Shown piece after piece: positions 39,227 to 49,052 of a DNA stretch of 64,000 nt (the stretch's first letter is position 1; each line of letters begins with the position of its first letter). This stretch comes from Octopus sinensis (Eukaryota): positions 8,184,001-8,248,000 of the forward strand of contig NC_043008.1 of NCBI RefSeq assembly GCF_006345805.1, written 5' to 3'. The position numbers and the translations under genes are program-made. The notes beneath the pieces were generated by a model. It made no database searches and had not been told where the DNA came from. It worked only from the letters and a program-made list of their open reading frames with translations.

Positions 39227-41449
39227 TGCAGAATCGAATAATCGAAAAAATGAATGAGACAGAAGCAATTAATATTCCTGTCGGTTTGTCCCGAATGCCG
39301 GCAGGAGAAAACTAAAGCGTTTTCACATGAACTGATGTACACTCAATACAACTGTTGCTTTGGGTTACTACACTATTGTTGATATAAATTTGGCCATGCA
39401 TCGCCTACACAAGACACACAATAATATCCCGTCAACAATACTTACTCTGAGCTGACAATGTTTGTGTTCTTTCCTATGTACGTATAATATGAATGAGTAC
39501 TGATATTTTTACATGAAACTTGTACGTTGATTTATTTCCTGTATAGCGGACACTTCCTATTTGTTAAAGCTCGAAATGAATTTTATATTGTGTTAAATTT
39601 CTTTAGTATCCAAAACAGAAGTTTTATGATTTGCTGAAAGAAATTTTCAGCTAAATATTCGATTGTGAATAGTATTGTGCGTTGATCGGAAGAACGTCAT
39701 AAATGTGAAACAGCTATGTGAGAGTTGCGGGTCAATGGAGAGGCGTTAAAGTGGTAAAGCCATTTGTTAGAAATAACAGTCAAATGTTTTCCCTAACTCT
39801 TAAATCTCTCCTCAACATTGACCACAATAGGGACTCTGCTGACATACAGAATATATAAGATGATCTTAGTGGGATCGGTCATAATGGAAAGTCCGTTGTA
39901 TATCTAGTTGGTCATTGGCTAAAATATATGAACATATTTCTGTAAAAGAATTCATTATTTCTCAGTGCGTGTATGTGTGTGTGTGTTTGCATATAAGTGT
40001 GTCTACAAACAAACACACACACTCGGAAGCACATGCGTACACACGCGCGCACATGTATACGTGTGTTGTGTGTGTTTTTATAAGAAAGAAGTTTGTGTGT
40101 GCGTTTGGATAAAGATTAAGAACTCCAACTGCCAAGGAATGTGCATCTCTAAATAACATGCATAATATTGACAAATATACGGTTCTTGTTGAAGTAAATT
40201 ATAATCTCTGACGCGCTCAAATATTTAGACGTCAGCAGATTATAATCGCAATGATAGTTGTGTGTATATGTGTGTATGTGTGTGTATGTGTGTGTATGTA
40301 TGCATAGGTGTGCATACCTAAATGCGTATGCGTGTGTGTACGCGTGCATGCCTGTGTGTAACAGTGTGTGTAAGTGTGTTTGTGTGTATGTGTGCATGCA
40401 TATGTGTGTGTATATGTCTGTGAGTGTACAAGTGCGTGCATGTGTGTAACTGTGTGCAAGTGTGCGTGTAAGCGTGTATAGTTGTGTACGTGTGTATGTG
40501 TGCACGCGTGCGTGCATGCGTGCGTGTGCGAACTCGTCCGCTTAAGCGTGCGTATATGCTTGTAAGTGTGTGTGTGTGTATGCGTGTGTGTGTATCATTT
40601 AGAATTCGTTCTGAAAGAAACAATATAATATAAACTGCGCTTTGTTAATACGTTTAACATTTGCTTTTCTTGAAATCTATCCCTTGAAGCGTTCCTGAAA
40701 CCCCTTACTTCGACAACGCCTAATTTGTAACATCTGCTAGTCTCTGATACCTCTTTCAAAAATTGGATTAAACTAGATTTACACAGAGGCATATAGCATT
40801 ACCAGCCGAAAGAAATTTTCTACTAAATCTTTAGCAGATTGCAATTAGTAAATTGATACAACTACTAAGAATGTTAAACCCTCTTACTATGTGGTATGTA
40901 ATAATACGCGAAGAAAAGGAGAGAAAGGCTATTAAATCCATGTTTTTACGTATATGACCAGCAGCGATGTATCAATAATATGGATAGTTTAAAATATAAT
41001 TATCCATTTACCTCAAACAATTATTGTAATCTGAAGGTATTTATTGAAATTTAATTCATATGTGATTCTTTGAATATTAGCTATATTAATTAAAGTATCA
41101 ACGTAATTAAATTAAATATAATTGATTTCAAAGTTGCTACAAAAGTATCTTAATAAAAATTGATACTTGTATCGATATTAGAGAAAGGAATAAAATGGCA
41201 ATCGCGGTATGCTTTTAGTTGATTGGCGCAGGAGGAGGATAAACGATCGGCGACTGATGTACGAAAACTGGTTCACCTACTTGCACCACACGTCGCATTT
41301 GTTTGTGTATATAAGTGGTTGTATTTTGGATACCATTCAAATACGCACTCGAAAATTTTGTTGTAACGAATGTAGAGAATGATATAAATTTGAGCCGAAA
41401 TATAGTTCATATATATATATATATATATATGCATATATATATACATATG

Positions 41450-41480
<31 letters not shown>

Positions 41481-41557
41481 CTGTATATATATATATATAA
41501 CATTATTGGTGAATTGAAGAAATGGAGCTGAACGCAGATTGAACAGAAATCGTTTTA

Positions 41558-41646
41558 TTTCATTCTACACGTGTTTCGAAAGGCACAAATTACCAAAATC
41601 CGATTGAATAATGGGACCATATTGTGTCTTTCTCTTCAGGAAGAAA
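41558..41646 (-). ncRNA. Type I hammerhead ribozyme in the PLE 3' repeat (sense to the ORF)
   Basis: Exact inverted copy of 44570-44658. Confidence 0.85.
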
Positions 41647-42224
41647 AAAGGAAATCCGTTGGAAAAACAAAAACAGAACAGAGGCGGAGCAAAAACAAAT
41701 CGAACTAAGCTCCTAAGAGCCCATGGCGAAACTGTTTATCAGTGTATGTTGAGAACCGGTGGCTGAAGAATTCAACGGGTCAGGCATCGGTCAATCATGT
41801 GGGTGAGGGTGTATAGATGTTCTTTGTGACCGAGAATAAAGTTCTGACTAATTAAGGAATATTGGATGTTTTATAAGGGGCGAGAAAAAATCTACTTAGA
41901 GACGTGTGTGTGTGTATACTGTTCTATATATGTGTGTGTTGGCGTAGGGGTAGAAAACATTTTTTGTGTACGTGTGTGCGTTTGAACGTTCGGCTGTCAG
42001 TGGCTACTGCCGTGATAACCGTTGGGTGGCAGAAAGAAAAAAAATATATATATATTATGTTTTATGTGTGTGTGTGTTCATCTAAGCCTGCCTTGTCAAG
42101 GAAACCCCCCGCTGTGAAAAAACCAAGCCCCTTTGTCTACAGGAGTAATTCCCTTGCAGTGGTTAATCGTAGATATCTTAAAGGCTATTTCAGAATTTGT
42201 TACCAAGGGCTATGGGTGCCGGTA

Positions 42225-42959
42225 TTATTTATAAACGCTATTAAAAGCCAGATAAGTGTAACGCCGCCAATGGGGGCATCGAAAAGCCGACTGTAAGAGC
42301 CCGTTTACCATCCGGCCTCTGGCAAACAAAATATGGAAGAGTTCGGAGACACAAAGGTTGCACTGTCTTCTGCCCCTATCAAATGGGAGGGCCACCGACA
42401 AAATTGACCATTCCAGCCTATAGCTTAAGTTCGTATCCTTCAGTCGCCATATTAGCTTACTGAGTCCCGTGGTCTGGCGCTTGTTCACGTCCCGAAAAGT
42501 TGCGTAATGGTTGGAGACACGCAAAGACAATCTTGAGGATGATGCCCCTACATAAGTGAAGACATCTGAGTCCGTGTAAACCTTGCATTGGTAGACGGCG
42601 TTTTTGATCTTGGAGTTCGCCGACGTGAATCTTAATCTGCTAGGATTAGTTTCTGAAATTAGAACTGCGTTCCTGTCACTATATTCGTTCCGAGACCTGC
42701 AGCCGCTTACTACTCTATTTTCCACTACGTCACTATTAACTATAGGAATAACCCCTGATTCTCCACTATCTATCAGAGTGCTGTCATTGCTACTGCCCAT
42801 GGTGCTGCTATTGCGGGAAATGATGCTGGGGATGCTATTGGGGCTCTCTACCCTACTCCCATTGTTACCGTCAACCACACCACCCCTATTTATAACTATA
42901 CCCCTAGTGGGTACTCCCTGGCTGGAGCTGAGATTATGTGTCACTGTACTGGCTCTCAT
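42225..42959 (-). pseudogene. PLE GIY-YIG endonuclease region with an N-terminal low-complexity linker
   Basis: NAVYQCKV...TYVGASS...RVSNHYATF...GLSKLIWRLKD...LEWSIL...RQCNLCVSEL. Confidence 0.9.
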
Positions 42960-43039
42960 ATCATTATTACTACTATAATTATTCTACTGAGCATTAAACC
43001 GGGAGCGGAAGAGGCTGTGCCTCCGGAAAAAGGTGATAG

Positions 43040-44533
43040 GGTCTTAGTAAGTAGCCTATTATTATGGGAGGCGATTATCTGGGCGAGGTTTTTAGTGTTG
43101 GAGAGAAAGCTATCCTAACTTTATGTGAGTTAACCGTGGAGTAATATTGGAATTTCTGGGGAAGTTATTGGCGATGGCTTGTCTAAACATGAGGGGGAGG
43201 TTAGTTCTAATCTGCTTACCAAAGGGGATTACAAACCATATATGCTTATTCCTATCAGTGTGATGGGTCGGGACGCCAGCTCTCGCATTCGGGTGGGTGA
43301 TCTCGGATGAATAACGGGTCTTGGGTTAGTGTAAGACCTCCTGGACCGATAATTATCCTTGTTCGCTAAAATAAATGCGGGAGCGACTACCCCGGCATCC
43401 GCCGCGCTCCCGTCCTTACTTAAAATGTTAATGTTATTATATACGCCCCTATCCTGATGACCGAATGATGGCATCGGAAGGGCCGGATCAATATAAATTA
43501 CCTCTGCCTATAACCGGCCTTGGATAGTGCGGCGTTATAAAATTCCGCTTTCTGCATAAAAATATCGGCACTGGCGGACAAGCCAGACAATCTTAGAGAG
43601 ATGTTTTTAACCAAATTGTCTGTTACGGTTTTGGCATGATTTGAGAAGACACTGACATACTTCAAATTAGTGGAAGGCTTATGGTAAGGGCAGTATGAGT
43701 CGCTATTAAGGTTAAGTGTAACGTCTAGGAAATTAGCCTTGGTGAGTTCATTATCAAAAACTATACTCATGCCCATTCTATTAAAAAACCTAGCTAACCT
43801 GCTCTTAGTTTTCTGCACTATTCTGTTCGTGGTGTTTTGCAGGTAAAACAGACAATCGTCAAGATACAGGCCGCCCGCGATCTCCGGAATTGGTCGGACA
43901 ATTCGTAGAGAATATATATTCCGACCAAATCGGCTATCTGCGCACTATCCGAACTACCCATAGGCACATCAAATTCATTGGGAGTATCTTTACGGATCCA
44001 CAACTTATTATCAAACTTAATAAACGATTTCCTGGCAACTAAAATGATATCTATCTCTTCTCTGGTGAGGCCAGCCTTGTTGTGAGCATGCCAGAGGGCC
44101 TTATTTAGCACACTAGGGTTAATCGAGGGGTAGAAGCTGGCGATATCAAACTGAATGAACCTAGTACGGTTCTTATTGGGGATGGAAGAGAACCACTTCA
44201 CTACCTGCGAGGAGTTGGCCCAGAGGCTGAGCTTCAGCTTGTTTACTAAACTAGGGATATATTTATCTAAAATGTACTTACTGATTATCCCGATATCAGA
44301 TCTAGCAGGGCATATGAGTCTTAGCGCTGGGTTGGTGTGGAAGTTAGGTTTATGGTCCTTCACTATAAATCTGGGTTGCTTGGGGCTAAGCGGCTGAGTT
44401 CTCATTTGAATTCGGTGTTTAAATATTATTTCCTTAATTTCCAAGTTTACCTTCCTCAGGGTACTCCAATTGGTTTTTCTATAATTTTTCTTGATCTCTT
44501 TACCGAGTAAATCTAGGTACTGCTTAATGGGCA
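43040..44533 (-). pseudogene. PLE reverse transcriptase and thumb, frameshifted into several ORFs (43818-44645, 43498-43818, 43229-43474)
   Basis: KDHKPNF, LRLICPARSDIG, FIQFDIASFYPSI, FDVPMGSSDSA, GGLYLDD (near 43860, other frame), NFLDVTL, SNH, IWFVIPF, IIASHN. Confidence 0.9.
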
Positions 44534-44569
44534 TCTGTTCTGTTTTTGTTTTTCCAACGGATTTCCTTT

Positions 44570-44658
44570 TTTCTTCCTGAAGAGAAAGACACAATATGGT
44601 CCCATTATTCAATCGGATTTTGGTAATTTGTGCCTTTCGAAACACGTGTAGAATGAAA
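44570..44658 (+). ncRNA. Type I hammerhead ribozyme in the inverted PLE repeat
   Basis: Stem I TTTCTTC/GAA(T)GAAA; CTGAAGA 44577-44583; stem II GAAAG/CTTTC extended by CACAA/TTGTG; GAAAC; palindromic ACACGTGT; GUA triplet 44648-44650. Confidence 0.85.
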
Positions 44659-44866
44659 TAAAACGATTTCTGTTCAATCTGCGTTCAGCTCCATTTCTTC
44701 AATTCACCAATAATGTTTTAATTTCAATTATCCGCACCAACGCACGGTTGCAACGCCAGATGGTTGTACCTCCAACCGTTCTGTTTACTGCTGTGATTTT
44801 TGCTACTAAGGTATCGGTTAAACTTTTGATTAATCTACTACAAGATTATTCATCTTTCTATTTCAC

Positions 44867-44922
<56 letters not shown>

Positions 44923-45788
44923 TATACATATATATATATATACATATGCATATATTATATATATATATATATACAGATATACATATATATATATATATAT
45001 ATATATGAATAAAAATTGGAGTTAACGCAGGTGTAAACAAATATTTTTACTTTCGACACATGTTTCGAAAATTCCACTGATACAACACCTATATTATTCA
45101 AAATATTCAACGTAAGCACGAAGTTTCTACCTTTATAAACAAGGAGTTACAAAAAAAAGAAAACTTTTTTATTCAAAGTCCCTGGAAAATTACTCAATTA
45201 TGTTCAATGTGTTGTAAATTGTGACGTTTTGAATTTCAAGTTTTTTTCGATATGAATTTGTTTTCAGTTCGTTTTTATGTAATTCTGATTGTTTCATTGA
45301 ATCTATTACAAAAAACTTCATAAATGGTCGAAATGTCATTAGACTGCATTAACTAAATAGATGTAAACTTCGATTTATGGTTGTTTGTTGTAAACTTTTT
45401 CGGGGCACTGTGTATGTGTGCGTGTATGTGTGTGTATTTATGTATGTGTTCGTGTGATTGTGTGTGTATGTAAGGGATTATAATACGATGTGTGTGTTCG
45501 TGAGCCACATCTCCGTGTTCCTGTAATAAAATGCATATAGATGTTTTTTTAAGCGAGAACACTATAAATATAAGTTGAGATGCCTTATAAATAACAATAT
45601 TTTCAGAGTAAATATGCATTAAAAGGCAGAGTGGAATATGTGATGCCATTTTAATTCTGCTTTCTACGCATATCATTACAAATTGGAAAATTCATTATAT
45701 GAATATTAATATTAAAAATAAAATAAAAGTATCTATGTGCATGCGTATGTATTTATGTGCGTGTATGTGTTCTGCGTGTGTGTGTGTG

Positions 45789-45839
<51 letters not shown>

Positions 45840-45963
45840 GTATGTGTGTATGTGCGTATACACACACATATATATATATATATATACACATCTATATATA
45901 TATATATAATAAAATATTAGGGAATAAATTTTATCTCTAATTTAATATATATATATATATATG

Positions 45964-46064
45964 TTTTTTACTGATGAAGTGTGACCTATGGTAGATTGGC
46001 TTAATTTAATTTAATTAAGCTAATTTAATCATTAATAACACAGAAACGATGCATCGTCTAAAAG
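45964..46064 (+). ncRNA. Type I hammerhead ribozyme, repeat 1
   Basis: Stem I TTTTTA/TAAAAG; CTGATGA 45971-45977; stem II GTGT/ACAC flanked by an A-A pair with a long AT-rich extension; GAAAC; 12-nt palindrome ACGATGCATCGT; GUC, cleavage after 46058. Confidence 0.78.
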
Positions 46065-46434
46065 TTGAATTAGGGTAAATGTTTTTAAATTTTCACCTAA
46101 TTTCTGAATTACTACTACTTGGCGGTGTGAGTTATGGCTGCTCTTTCTGGTGGACGAATGGCCTGTTAAGGGTCACTCCTAAATTGTTATATTATATATT
46201 TAGTCTTTGACTATTTTCTCTTTTCCACTAGGCCGCTGGTAGCGATAAATTCTATTGAATTTTTTGCTATCCTAAATTGACTAATTGATAATTTTCTGAA
46301 TAATTCTGAGATTGAATCGGCAGTTTATATTTACTGCTGATAAGTTTGGCGCGAATACGTCGGTCTTGAAAATTTTAAGACAGATATTCCGGAGGCATCG
46401 ATACAGACGCCTCGTGTATATTTGTCTCTCCAGG

Positions 46435-46533
46435 TTTTTTACTGATGAAGTGTGACCTATGGTAGAATGGCTTAATTTAATTAATTAAGCTAATTTAATC
46501 ATAATAACACAGAAACGATGCATCGTCTAAAAG
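46435..46533 (+). ncRNA. Type I hammerhead ribozyme, repeat 2
   Basis: Same motif; CTGATGA 46442-46448; predicted cleavage after 46527. Confidence 0.78.
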
Positions 46534-46655
46534 TTGAATTAGGGTAAATGTTTTTAAATTTTCACCTAATTTCTGAATTACTACTACTTGGCGGTGTGAG
46601 TTATGGCTGCTCTTTCTGGTGGACGAATGGCCTGTTAAGGGTCACTCCTAAATTG

Positions 46656-46695
<40 letters not shown>

Positions 46696-46726
46696 TTTAG
46701 TGTATGCATGTACGTATGTATAGATT

Positions 46727-46973
46727 TCACTAAATGTGAATACGAGTGTTACAACACCTACATTGCTAGAAATAAGAGCTAAAAAGCACTAATACTGTAG
46801 TTAAAGCACATAAATGTATAGGTATATACTGGCACCGGTCAGTGTTTTCGGGCGATTACGGTCCCTCTCAGTATAAATTTGTACAATTATGTGCTTTAAC
46901 TACGGCATCAGAGCAATTTAGCTCTTGTTTCGCGCAATGTACGTGTTCTAACATCTTTAGTCACATTTAGTGA
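46727..46973. mobile_element. Imperfect palindromic (fold-back) MITE-like element
   Basis: TCACTAAATGTGA/TCACATTTAGTGA, TACATTGC/GCAATGTA, AAGAGCTAAA/TTTAGCTCTT and GTAGTTAAAGCACATAA/TTATGTGCTTTAACTAC are nested inverted pairs; no clear TSD. Confidence 0.7.
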
Positions 46974-48664
46974 CGATTATAGTTCTTTTTGTAACACACT
47001 GTGCACGGCAGTCTATATTATTTCCACACACACACACGTACGTACATACACCTAATTAAATAGCTGTGTCTCTTACGGATTACAGTGAACTTCTCTTTTG
47101 TTGCCAAATTTTGCACTTTTGAAACAGTTATGGATTCCTTAATCAGCACCGATACCAAGTGTGCTGATGTTGCCAACCACCTGGTCATCGACGCCAGTTT
47201 TCTATTACAATTCTATGCCATAGTGTATGAAAGGGAATTGAAGGAGAAATAGCAGAACGACTATTGCATCAAGAATTGGAGATAAGTTTTAATTCAGGAA
47301 GGGAAATGATATTCTGTCGAGTTTAGTGAGAGTAATTATGCCAATATTATAAACACGCACTGGTTTAATTATATTCCTTTATTACTAGTCAATTTGAAAG
47401 AAACAGCTTTTCCACCAAGATATACACAGAATCTCAAATGTGTAATACAGGAGGTTAAACTTAGATTCACAGATAATCCTTGCAGTTAAAAGGCAAACAT
47501 TCCTCAAAGAGAGGTTAATTCCAACAGCAACCAATCCCAATTTTTGGAAAATACTATACAGTTAGGAATAGATCTTGTTTTTTAAAAAAATTCCTAATTG
47601 CACATTATTTTTCAAAAGTTTGGATTAGGTTAAGTCTTCAGAATTATCTCGTTGTCAAATTGAAATTCTCGCCCACTCCCTGGGGTAATCTGTGTCACTG
47701 TGTGCGTGTGAGTCCGTATTTACGTATGTATGTTTTCTGCGTATTACTGTATTTGGTTGTGTGCATGTGCACACACACACACACTCAAACTTCCACGAGC
47801 ACATACACACCCTCGTTCAGATATACAATCTCGTTCACATACACAAACACGGGAATTTGCGGAATACACACATACATACTTACATACATACGTTCATACA
47901 TACATTCATACATGCATAAATACGCAAGACACTAGCACGCGCGCACGCACTCATACACACACACAAGCACGCTGGCAGCAAGGTCACATACAGACAAAAG
48001 CGACCTCTCTAATCGACTAAATAGAAAGTCACTGAGAAAGAGCTTTGATAAATCAAAATAAAAGAAACGATTTACTGTTTAATCAAGTTAAACAAAGAAT
48101 CGAACAGTTAGTTGCATATTTAACCAATTGACTTATAATAACGGAATGAAATAGAACCAATGCGCGTGTTAATAATATTGGCGAGCGTAGTGACTCACCC
48201 TAGACACAACAAAATCTGTTTCAGCTTACAAATTCACACGAAGAATTTTCCAAACTACATAAAAAAAAATTTTTAATGGTATTACAAATCAAGATTGGAT
48301 TTTATTTCAACATTTAAAGAAAGTCGAAATAGGTATGAAAAGGTATTAGAATCTTGTATTGGAACCAGAAAAGAAAAGTTAACCAAAACAGGAGAGTGAG
48401 AATGTAACAGATATAAATGACATCCTAGCCTGTCCAGCCCTTATTGCTGCAAAAAATATCTTGGAGTAAAACGTCGAGCAGGCAGAATTCAAAACCCATG
48501 TGCGAAAGGAAACTTGAGAATTAAGTTCATCAGTACATGAAAGAAGTTAGAAGTGTTAATGTTGAGACTGCAAAGAAGACATTTCTAGAAAGACGTGAGG
48601 TGGCTCTCCAAAGAAATTATAAAATCGGAAATAAAGATGTGGTAATACAATAAGTTAAAGCATA

Positions 48665-49052
48665 TTTTACTTCTTTGAGACATTAGACTGCGACCATGCA
48701 GGGGCACCGCCTTCAAGTATTCTAGTCCAACGAATTGACCTCAGTACCTATTAATATTATCTTATTTATTTCCTTTGCAAAGCCTGGTACTTCTTCTATC
48801 GATCACTTTTGACTCACCGCTAGGTTATGGAAATGCAAACACACCAATAGAAGGTGTGAAGAGGTGGTGAAGCACAAACCCAGCCACAAATACACACAGT
48901 TTTAGGTTCCTTTTTATTAAATCCACTCACGAATCTTTGGTGGACTCCGGTCAACTGTAGAAGATATTTGCTCAAGGTGCTACGCAATGGAACTCGAGCC
49001 GGAACCGTGTGGTTGGGAAGCAAACTGCTTACCACAAAACCACGCCTGCGCC
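48665..49052 (-). mobile_element. Diverged SINE family A copy
   Basis: Minus-strand head GGCGCAGGCGTGGTTTTGTGGTAAG...GGTTCC, core, and tail GGCGGTGCCCCTGCATGGTCGCAGTC. Confidence 0.8.

Larger units (their letters stand above)
41499..44866 (-). mobile_element. Penelope-like retroelement (RT plus C-terminal GIY-YIG), 5'-truncated, with inverted terminal repeat, inserted in (TA)n
   Basis: RT and EN motifs; 184-bp inverted repeat at 41499-41682 and 44534-44717; TA-rich tracts on both flanks. Confidence 0.92.
45963..46659 (+). mobile_element. Retrozyme-like non-autonomous element: direct repeats 45963-46190 and 46434-46659, each with an HHR, around a unique spacer, in (TA)n
   Basis: About 228-bp repeats with 3 differences; no ORF; many hairpins; (TA)n on both sides. 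Confidence 0.8.

Noticed and set aside
43455-43490. CTGATGA-CCGA...TCGG-AAGG inside the PLE ORF
   Set aside because: No GAAA or stem III, and it lies in coding sequence; chance.
44534-44645. N-terminus MFRKAQITKIRL... of ORF 43818-44645 as the PLE start
   Set aside because: It lies in the inverted repeat and is antisense terminal-repeat sequence fused in frame by chance.
45045-45080. Minus-strand GAAAC-ATGT-GTC hammerhead half
   Set aside because: No CTGANGA core or stem II partner found nearby.
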